This document shows, piece by piece, positions 10,042-20,200 of a DNA stretch of 35,337 nucleotides. Position numbers and translations under genes: made by a program. The notes beneath the pieces are model-generated. The model did no database searches. It had not been told where the DNA came from and saw only the letters and a program-made list of their open reading frames with translations. Numbering within the stretch: position 1 is the stretch's first letter; each line of letters opens with the position of its first letter. The DNA is from an uncultured bacterium (GTDB lineage Bacteria > SAR324 > NAC60-12): contig CAXGMD010000032.1 of NCBI GenBank assembly GCA_964010765.1, positions 1 through 35,337 of the forward strand. Reading direction: 5' to 3'.

Positions 10042-10584
10042 ATGTTTGAAAGCAATCACAGACGTCTTTGGTTGGGAGGCACAGTGCTGATTGGGGCAAT
10101 GCTAGGGCTATTGATTGCGCTGCCGTGGTTCCCGATGGCGAGCTCGGGCAAGACAGTCCAACTGGAATTCCTGCAGAGTGAACCTGATCAGGCTTTGCTC
10201 TTCTTTGGATTTCCAGGCTGTGGGGAGATTTGTCCAATCGCGATGGAGCAGCTTCATCTGATCAAGTCGAATGGGGGGTTCCCGGTCCCGATTCAAGTGG
10301 GGTTGGTGAACATAGCAGCAGATCTTCCAGCTTTTACCGTTTCAGAGTATGCCCATTCTTTTGATCCTGAGTTTGCCGGATACCACCTGGATCTTGGAAA
10401 ACTGAGGTCACTGGCTCAAGACTTGGGATTGAACTTACCTGCGACAGAAGGTGGAATTTCAACCAGGTTTTCTCATCCTGATGCCTTGTTCTTACTTCAG
10501 CACGTTGAGGATGAATCTTGGAGTCTGAAGCAGATTTTCTCTGCAACCCGTCTGACCAGACAACAGCTATTGAAAAGTTTGTAA
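10042..10584 (+). CDS. SCO1/SenC-family copper-binding protein
   Basis: N-terminal TM anchor, FFGFPGCGEICP (CxxxC), YA..FDPEF.G and a distal His (FSHPD.LFL). ATG 10042 is preferred over TTG 10024. Confidence 0.87.
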   Translation: MFESNHRRLWLGGTVLIGAMLGLLIALPWFPMASSGKTVQLEFLQSEPDQALLFFGFPGCGEICPIAMEQLHLIKSNGGFPVPIQVGLVNIAADLPAFTVSEYAHSFDPEFAGYHLDLGKLRSLAQDLGLNLPATEGGISTRFSHPDALFLLQHVEDESWSLKQIFSATRLTRQQLLKSL

Positions 10585-10625
10585 AGCTTTCTGAATTCAA
10601 CTTTAGTGAGATTGGTAAATTCCAA

Positions 10626-11696
10626 TTACCTGTCTACTCCGAATCTTTGACGATAGTTAGCAAGCTTCTTTTGCCAACTAGGATGTTCAAGCACTGCTTG
10701 ATTGACCAGTCCAATGGGGGCCTGGCCCTGCATCACAGCTAGAACGGCTTGTACATCTGCTGCACCAATCCCTGCAAAACATTGATCAGTCCAGCACAGA
10801 GCATGAGGTGTGAGGATCACGTTGTCTAACTGCAGAATAGGATCTTCCAACGGGGGAGGCTCCACCTCCAGCACATCAAGTCCAGCCCCAGCAATTCTTT
10901 GCTCCTGGAGAGCTTTTGTCAGAGCAGTTTGATCGACAACAGGACCCCGTGCAGTGTTGATCAAATAGGCGGTGGGTTTCATCAAAGATAGCCGCTCTGC
11001 GTTGACGACGTGTCGAGTACTTTCAGTGAGTGGACAGTTGATCGAAAGTATGTCTGATCGTTGGAACAAATTTTCGAGAGAGACCAGTTCCACGTTTAAT
11101 ACCTGAGCTTTTGTCTCAGTAAGATATGGATCATGGGCAATAAACTTCAGATCGAAGGGAGTCGCCAATCGAAAAAGCTCTGCCCCGATGTTTCCTACTC
11201 CAAGTGACCCCAACGTTTTACCCATCAAACCCACTCCCATGTGCTCAGAGCGCTTTGCAAAACCTGCTGCGCCCAGTCGCGTCAGTTTGTCTTTCACCAT
11301 CAACTTGCCTGTTAGCGCCAACATCATGGTGATGATAGATACCGCTACGGGACGTCGGACTCCATTCGGAGTGATCGCCAGGCCAATGCCTGAGTCCGTA
11401 CAGGCCTCAACATCCACGGAGTCGTAGCCAACTCCGAAGCGTGCCACTAGTGACAACCGGCCTTCAGGATCAATGCTTTGGCGCGAGAATTTGGAGGATA
11501 AGAGTATCAGCGCATCAAACTCTTTGAGTGCCTCAGACGACATCTCTCCATTCACTGGAGCGATATATTCCAGCTGGATGCGCACATCCTTTTGCAGCGG
11601 AGAGAGGTCAAACATCGGATAGGAAGGACTACCGTCGGCTTGCAGAAAATCAGCGCTCAAGGCGATACGAAATTGATCTACATTCGATTCGGACAC
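10626..11696 (-). CDS. D-isomer-specific 2-hydroxyacid dehydrogenase
   Basis: RFGVGYD, GSLGVGNIG Rossmann motif, LINTARG, GAGLDV.E.EP, LTPH. Probable GTG start at 11696 after GGGAGA. Confidence 0.93.
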   Translation of the reverse strand: MSESNVDQFRIALSADFLQADGSPSYPMFDLSPLQKDVRIQLEYIAPVNGEMSSEALKEFDALILLSSKFSRQSIDPEGRLSLVARFGVGYDSVDVEACTDSGIGLAITPNGVRRPVAVSIITMMLALTGKLMVKDKLTRLGAAGFAKRSEHMGVGLMGKTLGSLGVGNIGAELFRLATPFDLKFIAHDPYLTETKAQVLNVELVSLENLFQRSDILSINCPLTESTRHVVNAERLSLMKPTAYLINTARGPVVDQTALTKALQEQRIAGAGLDVLEVEPPPLEDPILQLDNVILTPHALCWTDQCFAGIGAADVQAVLAVMQGQAPIGLVNQAVLEHPSWQKKLANYRQRFGVDR

Positions 11697-11857
11697 GTCA
11701 GATTCTCCCAACAAATTGTAGTTTATTGCTTCAATCTTTTTTTAATCTTTCAGAAAGGGATGATGAGACACAAAAATCACTGGTAACAAACCTGACAAAC
11801 TCATTTGCCAGAATTCTTTATAACTGTGTGACCCAAAATACTACATTGCAAGTATCA

Positions 11858-12724
11858 TCAGAGCTTGTAAATCGCTTCAATTTGGCCTACATGTGCTGAA
11901 GCAAATTTGAAGACACACCCTGCATCTGGTTGGCTTGATTTAGAAGTTTCATCTAAATTGGCCCAAGCTGAGGTCACGCGCAATTCAGTACAATTCGCAC
12001 CACCAAAAGCTGGACAACTAACCTGACTGGCTGAAGCATGAAGCTCGGTAAGCAATGATCCGTCAGGACGATATGCTGCTACTTTGGAGGCTCCCCAAAG
12101 GGCTATCCAAACGTTACCTTGTGAATCAACAATAGCACCGTCAGGTATAATATTTGGCTCAAAAGAAATAAAGACATGACGTTCAGATAAAGGTAGTCCT
12201 GTCTGAGGGTTTAATTCTACACGCCAGACTAAATTTAGCGCACTGTCTGCAAAGTAACCGGTGGAACCATCAGGTGTAAAACAGATTGAATTGGGTATAG
12301 TGACGCTGGAATAAAGTAATTGAATTTTACCTGATCTGACATGATAGATAGACCCTGCACCTCGTTCAGCATTGTGAGCCATTGTCCCGAACCAAAAAGA
12401 CCCACTTGGATGAACTCTACAATCGTTACTACGTGTCAGAGAATTCTCGGATTCAATCTCTAAATAACTCTCCCAACTTTTGCTCTCAAGATCCAAAATG
12501 TGAAGACCATCCTCAACTGCAACAAGAAGTCGATTAGTGTCAATCCGCGCAGCCGCACTTGCCATACCAGGACAATCAATTACCTTAACCGATTGATCAT
12601 CAGTTTGTTCGTAAAACTTAGAATTAAGAATATCAAACCAGCAAAAACTATGACGCTCAGGATGCCAAAAGATACCCTCCCCTAATTGACAGATAGGTCC
12701 GTCACACACTTCCATCAATTTCAT
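11858..12724 (-). CDS. SMP-30/gluconolactonase/LRE family sugar lactonase
   Basis: LGEGIFW, RSND, IPNSICF, PDGA.VD..G and CPAFGG motifs. Confidence 0.92.
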   Translation of the reverse strand: MKLMEVCDGPICQLGEGIFWHPERHSFCWFDILNSKFYEQTDDQSVKVIDCPGMASAAARIDTNRLLVAVEDGLHILDLESKSWESYLEIESENSLTRSNDCRVHPSGSFWFGTMAHNAERGAGSIYHVRSGKIQLLYSSVTIPNSICFTPDGSTGYFADSALNLVWRVELNPQTGLPLSERHVFISFEPNIIPDGAIVDSQGNVWIALWGASKVAAYRPDGSLLTELHASASQVSCPAFGGANCTELRVTSAWANLDETSKSSQPDAGCVFKFASAHVGQIEAIYKL

Positions 12725-12833
12725 ATATATCCCTAAAGCAGATGAACTAGGAAGATTTGGTAAAAACCTAAATTAAAATGTCTAGGTTTCGTTAATACGG
12801 AATCAAAGGGAATCGACAAAATAAATATCACTC

Positions 12834-13889
12834 TCAAATTATTAAGTTTGGAGCTATCCACATTCTTTCAGTATTTGATTTCTCCATTGCGATTGCAACT
12901 TTCATCTCCCCCAAAGAGTATTCAGCACTAGCATCTGGAGTTTTTCCTGAGACGATACAAGAATAAAAGTCATGAAACTGATGATAAAAGGAAGACACGT
13001 ATCCGTGTCTGTCAAACAACTGAAACCCATCAGGATGTTCTTCATCAAAAACATATACTCCATAACCTTCAGGCCCAACCATCACCTCACCACTTGTGCC
13101 TGTAATTCTGAATGGGTAATCTTTTGAGAACATAGTCTTTTCAGTAAGTATACCTTCAAAAATTGCTGTTATAGAATTGTCAAAAGTAAATATTGCCTGA
13201 GACAAACTTTCTCCTTCCATCAGGGGATGAGGATAGGAAAATTTAGAAAATAGTTCTCTAATTTCACCAAACCAAAATCTTAATGGACGAATCCAATGTG
13301 CGCCACCATCAATTGTGATTCCACCTCCAGTAGCTGCTAAAGAATATCTCCAAGCCTTGGTTGGAGTGTCATCCTGCAAAACACTATAACTATTAAAAAT
13401 ATCTTTATCAGCTGCCTGTCTAAATGAGGCTTTTGCGGTAACAATCTCACCAATTATACCCTCTGAAAGCAAATCTTTAACTTTTAAGATCTCAGGCCAA
13501 TATTGGCTATTCTCAGCAATCATAAGGACTTGATCAGAGCTTCTTGAACGCTCCAATATTCTTTGTGCAGAATCAAGGGTATGAGCCAAAGGCTTTTCAA
13601 GAAGAACATTAAGTTTTTGACTAAAAGCTCTAGTAGCAAGTTCTTCGTGCAAATAATGGGGAACAGAAATAATTACGGTATCCAAAGCCGTCTCATGGGC
13701 AGCTTCTTCGAGTTGAGTGAATATTTTGCAGGACAACTTAAATGATTTTTTAAATTTTTCAGCATTCAAGAGACTGGTGTCAATTAGTGCAACAATTTCA
13801 ATCTTGTTATTTGTCTCTAAAACATATTTAATAATTGACTCAGCATGTACAGAAGCTATTCTACCACATCCAACAAATGCTAACTTCAT
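12834..13889 (-). CDS. Gfo/Idh/MocA family oxidoreductase
   Basis: VGCGRIA, EKP motif, GGG..IDGGAHWI. Confidence 0.92.
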   Translation of the reverse strand: MKLAFVGCGRIASVHAESIIKYVLETNNKIEIVALIDTSLLNAEKFKKSFKLSCKIFTQLEEAAHETALDTVIISVPHYLHEELATRAFSQKLNVLLEKPLAHTLDSAQRILERSRSSDQVLMIAENSQYWPEILKVKDLLSEGIIGEIVTAKASFRQAADKDIFNSYSVLQDDTPTKAWRYSLAATGGGITIDGGAHWIRPLRFWFGEIRELFSKFSYPHPLMEGESLSQAIFTFDNSITAIFEGILTEKTMFSKDYPFRITGTSGEVMVGPEGYGVYVFDEEHPDGFQLFDRHGYVSSFYHQFHDFYSCIVSGKTPDASAEYSLGEMKVAIAMEKSNTERMWIAPNLII

Positions 13890-13909
13890 AAAGGACTACT
13901 AATGAAAAA

Positions 13910-14884
13910 TTATATTCGAGAAAGAAATCGCTGTTTTTGGGCGTCGATAATGAGAGCTAAAAGAATTATAAAACCCCTGACTGCATTCACCCAATAAGGA
14001 TCAACATTCATCAAATTTAATGCATTATTAATAATTGCAAGTAGAAGAACTCCAGCAAGAGCTCCAATTAGAGAACCTTCCCCACCTTTGAGACTAACTC
14101 CACCAATCACTGCAGCTGCTACAACGTTCAAAGTAAGTTCAGCTCCAAGATTCGGAACCGATGTTTCTAACTTACCAAGAAGCATCCATCCTGCAAAGGC
14201 AGCAAGGAAACCACTTACTGCATAAACAAAAAGAACAATTCTCTTCTGATCGATACCAACTGTTTGGGCAGTCTTGATATTGCTACCTACGAAAAGAACC
14301 TGTCTTCCAATAGTTGTTTGCTTTATAAAGAAGTGAAAAATCAAAAACACAATAATCGTCGTGATGATTGGCATTGGAATTCCGTAGATTTGGCCTCCAC
14401 CAAGAAAATTAAATGAACTTGGTGTTCCGGGCATCACAGCACCCTCACTAATCACATAACCAAATCCTCTCAGAACAAGTTGCATTGCCAGAGTGACGAT
14501 AAAGAAATTCATACCAACATAAGCTATTAATAGACCATTAATAAAACCGAAAAATGTCCCTAAAGTAAGCATAATTGGAACAACTAAAACAGGTGCTAGT
14601 TCGACGCCCAGGCCACCTGCTTGTGCAAAGGTAGATTCTGCTGCTGGCAACATCAACCATGCAGCAATTACAGTTACTATAGAGACATTGCCTTCTGCAG
14701 AAAGGTCTAAATTTTTTGCAAAAAGGCAGAGAGCTTGGCCTATCACCATAATTCCTAGAACGCTTCCACCGATAAGGATATTCTGAACATTAGTTGGGGA
14801 AGAGAAATTCGGAATTAAAAGTGAGAAGCAAAGAAAGGTGGCGATTAAAACATACCAGATGAAGTATTTAAACAAATGTTGCAT
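13910..14884 (-). CDS. Sugar ABC transporter permease (RbsC/CUT2 type)
   Basis: LDLS, FIVTLAM and AAAVIGGVSLKGGEG motifs. Confidence 0.92.
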   Translation of the reverse strand: MQHLFKYFIWYVLIATFLCFSLLIPNFSSPTNVQNILIGGSVLGIMVIGQALCLFAKNLDLSAEGNVSIVTVIAAWLMLPAAESTFAQAGGLGVELAPVLVVPIMLTLGTFFGFINGLLIAYVGMNFFIVTLAMQLVLRGFGYVISEGAVMPGTPSSFNFLGGGQIYGIPMPIITTIIVFLIFHFFIKQTTIGRQVLFVGSNIKTAQTVGIDQKRIVLFVYAVSGFLAAFAGWMLLGKLETSVPNLGAELTLNVVAAAVIGGVSLKGGEGSLIGALAGVLLLAIINNALNLMNVDPYWVNAVRGFIILLALIIDAQKQRFLSRI

Positions 14885-14908
14885 AATTTATTGAATTGGT
14901 CAGCGAAC

Positions 14909-16399
14909 TTATGAGTTTACTTGTTCCATTGATAACATAATCTTTTCAAATGAAAAATTTTCATGTGTAAATTCTTCCACCAATCTATTTTCATTCATCA
15001 CAATTATACGGTCACAAATATTAATCATTTCTCTTATTTCTGAAGACGCAATTAGAATACTAATTTTATCCAAAGATAAATCTTCAATAATTCTATAAAT
15101 ATCATTTTTTGCATTCACATCAACGCCTTGTGTTGGCTCTTGCAACAGCATTAATTTAGGATTAATTACAGATAACCTACCGAAAATGATCTTTTGCTGA
15201 TTACCTCCACTGAATAAGTCAATGGGTTTTTCAAAATCAGGAGGGTGAATTTTTAATTTTTCAATTTGATCAATAGCTATTTTTCTTTCCTTTAAATTAC
15301 TAATCAGCGTTAAATTTGAAATTTTATTCATAATAGAAACAGTAATATTTTCTGCAAGAGAACGAAAATTGATTAATCCATTTTCATGCCTATCATGAGT
15401 TAAGTATGCGACACCTTGTTTCATTGATTCTGAAGGTTTTCTGCTCTGAAAATCTTTTCCTTCAAGCTTAATTTCACCAATGCCTCTTCTATCCATCCCA
15501 TAGAGACTTTGCATCAACTCATTCAAGCCCGAAGATCCAAGGCCACAAATACCCAAAATTTCTCCTTCATAAATATTAAAGTTTATGTTCTCAAAGTAAC
15601 CGCGCCTCGTTAAATTTTTAACCTCCAAAATCTTTTTCTTGTTACTAATATAATTTTGCCTCTCATACGAACCTATATTTTTTCCAATCATTAAATTTAT
15701 TAATTTTTCTATGTTTAATTCACTTACTTGGTGTGTCCCTTTGCTTTTCCCATCTACAAGCGTGGTTACCTTGTCGCAAATTTCGAAAATTTCCTCTAAA
15801 TGGTGAGAAATAAAGATGAAGCTTATCCCTTTTTGTTTTTGCTGATTTATGAATTTGAATAATAAACTTCTTTCTCTTTTATTTAAAACAGCAGTTGGTT
15901 CATCTAAAATTATTATTTTTGAATCGTAAAGAACTGCCTTAGAAATGATCAGCATTGTTCTTTGCTCAACACTTAGCTCTTGGACAGAAATTTTACAATC
16001 GAGATCAAGCCCCATACTACTCAGAGCTTCATTTGCCCTTTTATAAACTTGCTTCCAGTTAATGATTCCATACTGATTCCTTGGGAGATTTCCACAGAAT
16101 AAATTCTCTGCCACAGAGAGAGTATTTAGCATTCGGAGCTTTTGTGGTACGAAAGTAATTCCCAGTTCAATCATAGTTTTCGGCTGTGCATTTTCAATCT
16201 TGTTATCCTTGAATACAATTTCCCCTTCATCAGCATCGATGATACCCATAACAATGTTCATTAGTGTTGATTTCCCTGCACCATTTTTACCAACGATTCC
16301 ATGAATTTCATTCTCATAGAATGTAACTGATACCGTGGATAACGCTTGATTACCAGGGAATCTCTTGCTGATATCGACTAATCTTAAAATTTCTTTCAT
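14909..16399 (-). CDS. Sugar ABC transporter ATP-binding protein (RbsA type, two NBDs)
   Basis: GKNGAGKST, LDEPT, FSGGNQQK, EPTQGVDV. Confidence 0.94.
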   Translation of the reverse strand: MKEILRLVDISKRFPGNQALSTVSVTFYENEIHGIVGKNGAGKSTLMNIVMGIIDADEGEIVFKDNKIENAQPKTMIELGITFVPQKLRMLNTLSVAENLFCGNLPRNQYGIINWKQVYKRANEALSSMGLDLDCKISVQELSVEQRTMLIISKAVLYDSKIIILDEPTAVLNKRERSLLFKFINQQKQKGISFIFISHHLEEIFEICDKVTTLVDGKSKGTHQVSELNIEKLINLMIGKNIGSYERQNYISNKKKILEVKNLTRRGYFENINFNIYEGEILGICGLGSSGLNELMQSLYGMDRRGIGEIKLEGKDFQSRKPSESMKQGVAYLTHDRHENGLINFRSLAENITVSIMNKISNLTLISNLKERKIAIDQIEKLKIHPPDFEKPIDLFSGGNQQKIIFGRLSVINPKLMLLQEPTQGVDVNAKNDIYRIIEDLSLDKISILIASSEIREMINICDRIIVMNENRLVEEFTHENFSFEKIMLSMEQVNS

Positions 16400-16402
16400 T
16401 TG

Positions 16403-17467
16403 CTAACTGTATTTCCAGTAGAATTGATCTTCTTGGCCAACTTTCGATCTAGAGAATTTGTTGATTGTGAGAATTCTTTGCTGGTATTTATTTCTCAATG
16501 CTTCAATTAGTACAGCTAGTAGTAAGAGAAGGCCCCTACTTACTTCAATCCAGAATGGTGAAACACGCATGATATTGAGGCCTGTATCTAGAATTGCCCA
16601 TAGCAAAACACCTCCAAAGGCTCCCACAACATTCCCTCTTCCTCCATAAATACTCATCCCACCAATAATTGCTGCAGCATGAACCGTAAATATTATGCCA
16701 TGCCCCATTGTTGGTGTAGCACTATTTAATCTTCCAGCTATTATTATTCCTGCGATTGCAGCACATAGTCCCGCTATCATGTAGACAATGATAACAGTTC
16801 GATCCACGTTTATTCCATTATTCCTAGCGATCTCTTTATCAGCACCGATCGCATACATATTTCTTCCAAACTGGGTGTACCTTGTATGAAAGTATGCAAG
16901 TATAAATGCTAAGATGACTAATGTTCCTGAAACTGGTATTACTAATTTTCCTCGGAAACCTTCTAAACCGAATTTTATGATTGAATCATTGCCTAACCAC
17001 CTAAACCCATCAGGGAAAAAGCTGATTGTTGTTCCGGGTGAAATTCCATATGTTAAACCCCTCAACAGAAATAACATTGCAATGGTAACAATTAGATTAT
17101 TAACTTTTATCTTTGTTATTAAGTATCCATTGAATAAACCAATCTTTATTCCAATGATGAGCATGATCATGATTGCCCACAGATAGTTTATTCCAATTCC
17201 TAGTCCTCCGTTTTCTGACGTTACCATTAATAAAGCGGCGACCATTGCAGTAAAAGCCAATGTGGATTCAACTGATAAATCAAAGTTCCCTGTAATAAAT
17301 GTGTACGATTGACTTAAGACTAGAAATCCAAGAGCAGAAATACTGATTAAGATATTACTGATAGTAACAGGATTGAGGAATCTATCGGAGGCGATTGAAA
17401 AGAAAATAAATGCTGATAAGACCAAGAGCCAGATTAAATTATTTAATATTAAGTTGAGGAATCTCAT
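16403..17467 (-). CDS. Sugar ABC transporter permease (RbsC/CUT2 type)
   Basis: FDLSV, T.FGR..YAIG, AAAIIGG.S..GG.G. Confidence 0.92.
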   Translation of the reverse strand: MRFLNLILNNLIWLLVLSAFIFFSIASDRFLNPVTISNILISISALGFLVLSQSYTFITGNFDLSVESTLAFTAMVAALLMVTSENGGLGIGINYLWAIMIMLIIGIKIGLFNGYLITKIKVNNLIVTIAMLFLLRGLTYGISPGTTISFFPDGFRWLGNDSIIKFGLEGFRGKLVIPVSGTLVILAFILAYFHTRYTQFGRNMYAIGADKEIARNNGINVDRTVIIVYMIAGLCAAIAGIIIAGRLNSATPTMGHGIIFTVHAAAIIGGMSIYGGRGNVVGAFGGVLLWAILDTGLNIMRVSPFWIEVSRGLLLLLAVLIEALRNKYQQRILTINKFSRSKVGQEDQFYWKYS

Positions 17468-17508
17468 TTGGTGTAATGTTGTGAGTTATTATTTTTCCCC
17501 TTTAATTT

Positions 17509-17543
17509 GAGCACTGGTCCGGAATGTATCCGTTCCAGTACTC
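17509..17543 (-). promoter_or_regulatory. Stem-loop downstream of the binding-protein gene (likely mRNA stabiliser)
   Basis: The minus-strand RNA GAGUACUGG-AA-CGGA-UACAU-UCCG-GA-CCAGUGCUC folds with a G-U pair specific to the minus strand. Confidence 0.55.
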
Positions 17544-17556
17544 TTGATTCCAACAC

Positions 17557-18561
17557 CTACTTAATATTACCCCAAAGGGCCGGGTTATATACATTCGCGG
17601 AAGTGACATTAGATGTCGCTAGATTTAGCATTAATCCCGTGTCGCTTTCGAAAATCCTTGCTGGGGACCAGGGCGCACCCTGCTGGATCACACTTCCTGT
17701 TTGAATCTTCTCATTGTTCAGTTCCTTCTCGATCCAGTTGACTATGATTCCGAAGTCCGGCAATGGCTGGCTTGAAGCTTGGTCACTCCAGCCGTCTTTG
17801 ATTGCCTGCAATCCATCACTGCAACCGTCTACAGCAACTCTAAAGATGTGATCTTTGTGTCCTCTTTTAAAGTTCTTGTTCAGTTGATCCAGTGCTGCCG
17901 AGATTGGTCTCGTTCCCACACAATCTGAATGGTAATAAATCCCATCGATAGCATTTGAACCGACAACATCCAGAGTCGCTTGCCCAAAATTTTCAGCTTG
18001 CCACTGTGTTGGTTTGCTGATCACTTTGATTTCGGGATGCTTTTTCATTACATCATTAAATCCACCTCCTCTTAATTGGGCGACATTCTGACCCATATTC
18101 CCCTGCAGTTCCAATACTGTTCCCTCGGCTTTTGAATACTTGACCGTGAGGAGTCTGACTAATTCTTCGGCTGCCTGCTGGCCTGCTAAATAGTTGTCAG
18201 CCTGTACAGTCATATTCACCTTACAACCAATGGTCGACCGGTCTATAGTGTAGAAAAGAATTCCGGCATCTTGGGCTCTTTCAACTGAGGAACAAACCGC
18301 TTTACTATCTACTGGTACTGTGACAATTGCATCGACACCTTGTGCGATGAAATTGTCCAATTGGTTGGCTTGCTGTTGTGCATCGGAATTAGCATTTGAT
18401 ACAACTACTTCCCAACCTTTTTCCTCTGCTTTTGAGACAAATCCATTCATGATGGCTCTTTGTCCGCCATCAAGAGCCGGTGCACCGAATCCGATCAATA
18501 TTTCCGCATGAGCTACTGTACCGATAACGATACTTGCCATTGCTAGTATGAAATTCCTCAT
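17557..18561 (-). CDS. Sugar ABC transporter substrate-binding protein (RbsB-like)
   Basis: Signal peptide, IAQGVDAI, IDR, DNYLAG, R.GGF, VDG. Confidence 0.92.
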   Translation of the reverse strand: MRNFILAMASIVIGTVAHAEILIGFGAPALDGGQRAIMNGFVSKAEEKGWEVVVSNANSDAQQQANQLDNFIAQGVDAIVTVPVDSKAVCSSVERAQDAGILFYTIDRSTIGCKVNMTVQADNYLAGQQAAEELVRLLTVKYSKAEGTVLELQGNMGQNVAQLRGGGFNDVMKKHPEIKVISKPTQWQAENFGQATLDVVGSNAIDGIYYHSDCVGTRPISAALDQLNKNFKRGHKDHIFRVAVDGCSDGLQAIKDGWSDQASSQPLPDFGIIVNWIEKELNNEKIQTGSVIQQGAPWSPARIFESDTGLMLNLATSNVTSANVYNPALWGNIK

Positions 18562-18627
18562 TTTATACCTCTATTAAAAAATTATTATTAAAATTATTGA
18601 CCTTTAGCTTGTATTACATATTTCCTC

Positions 18628-19404
18628 CTATTTTAAATGTTTTATCATTTCTATTCCATCCTTTAATGCCTTTTGGAAAACTAATACTTCATGCCCATAA
18701 CCAAGTACCGAAAAACCTAATTCTCTAAACTGTTCTAGCATAGCCTGATTTATGTCCAGAAACCCAAGTGGTTTGTTTGTTATTTTACCCGCCTCCGAAA
18801 CCTTTTTTATACTTTCAGTAAATAACTCTTGTTTGAAATCTCCTAACGACCCCAATGAATCAGTTAAGTCAAAATGACCCAGCCAACCCATGTCAATTCC
18901 TTCAACTGAGAAAATTTCTTCGCAATTCTGAACTCCTTCTGCGCTCTCGATCATTGCAATGAGAATATTATTTTTATTTGCTTCTCTAATCTTTTTTTCT
19001 GGATCATCTTGGCTGTAATGGTCGTGTGCAACATTGAAAGCGATTCCTCTCTCACCAATTGGCCTATACTTAGCTAGTTTTACAATTCTTTTTGCTTCTT
19101 CAGCAGATTTGACATTCGGCACCATGATGCCTTTCACACCTGCATCTAGGTATTGTGAAATTGAATTTTGATCTAAACTAGGCACTCTGACGATTGGATA
19201 AAGATTTAATTCCCTTCCTGCAGCAATCATCATTTTGACTGTTTCTATGCCCACACCGCTGTGTTCGGTATCATAAATCACAAAATCTGCACCACACTCT
19301 TTAAGAATTTTAGGCAGACCAGGATTAAAAAATTCAAAAATCATTATCCCAGTAACTAATTCTTTTGATTGTAAATTCTCTAAAAAGGAATAATTTGAAC
19401 TCAT
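18628..19404 (-). CDS. HpcH/HpaI class II pyruvate aldolase family protein
   Basis: DFVIYDTEH, VRVP, LDAG..GIMVP, P.G.RG, MIES..G, G.FDL. Confidence 0.92.
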   Translation of the reverse strand: MSSNYSFLENLQSKELVTGIMIFEFFNPGLPKILKECGADFVIYDTEHSGVGIETVKMMIAAGRELNLYPIVRVPSLDQNSISQYLDAGVKGIMVPNVKSAEEAKRIVKLAKYRPIGERGIAFNVAHDHYSQDDPEKKIREANKNNILIAMIESAEGVQNCEEIFSVEGIDMGWLGHFDLTDSLGSLGDFKQELFTESIKKVSEAGKITNKPLGFLDINQAMLEQFRELGFSVLGYGHEVLVFQKALKDGIEMIKHLK

Positions 19405-19462
19405 ATTTAAATTTTATTTAATGAATTGAATAACAGCAGTATAGAATTAGTTATTTTGGTAC

Positions 19463-20196
19463 TTAAAAGCTTTCCCTTCTATTGGTTATTTCCCAATAGA
19501 CTTCAGCAACTTGATCGAGATGTCTTTCCATTAGATTTTCAGCCAAATCTGCATTTCGACTGATGATTGCTTCAGCAATTTCCTCGTGTGCCCTATAAGC
19601 AATTTTATTTTCACCAGGTGAGCTTAAGGCTATGTGTCTTTGGTCAATTAACCATTTAGAAATAGCAGCATGAATTCCTCTAAAGATGGTATTTTTTGGA
19701 ATCACTGCTAAGACATAATGAAAATCCACATCTGTTTGAGCAAACATTTTGGAATTATTCATTGCATTCTTATTGACTTCCAACGCTCTCATCAACACTT
19801 GAAGATCATCTTCTGTTGCATATTTTGCTGCATATCTTACCAGGCCACATTCGAAGAACTTTCTGGCTGCTTGAAAGTTCTTTACTCCGTCAGGATATGC
19901 TAGCCAGTGGCGGGCTGCGGTCGACAATGATTCAACAATGTGTTCCGCAGTTGGTTCAATGACACGAGTTCGCCCTCCCCCACTTACTGAAACAAATCCA
20001 GCTTTCTGCAAGGTAAGCAAAGCTTCTCGAATTGCTGGTCTTCCCACTCCATAAATTTCCATCAGTTCTCTTTCTGATGGTAAAGAGTCTCCCGGTCGAA
20101 TCTCACCTGAATGAATCAGCTGTTGAATTCTTTCAACAACTTCCTCGTAAAGTCGTTTCCTTTTAATAGGATTTTTTTAAGCGGTATACTTGTCAT
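19463..20196 (-). CDS. GntR/FadR-family (NanR-like) regulator with an apparent 1-nt frameshift in an A7 tract at 20172-20178
   Basis: The HTH KRLYEEVVERI...IRPGDSLPSERELM..YGVGR.AIREAL lies in frame upstream of the ORF-track start but has no standard start codon. ATG 20196 joins it if A7 were A8. FCD domain with D..FH. Confidence 0.85.
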
Positions 20197-20200
20197 ACCA
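20190..20200. promoter_or_regulatory. Putative FadR-subfamily operator TTGTCATACCA overlapping the regulator start codon
   Basis: Imperfect palindrome resembling FadR-subfamily TxGT-N3-ACxA boxes; TTGACA on the minus strand at 20226-20231. Confidence 0.5.

Noticed and set aside
10016..10042. Sigma-28-like TAAA-N15-ATCGATCA upstream of sco
   Set aside because: The -10 match is poor and abuts the ATG, leaving no room for a transcription start.
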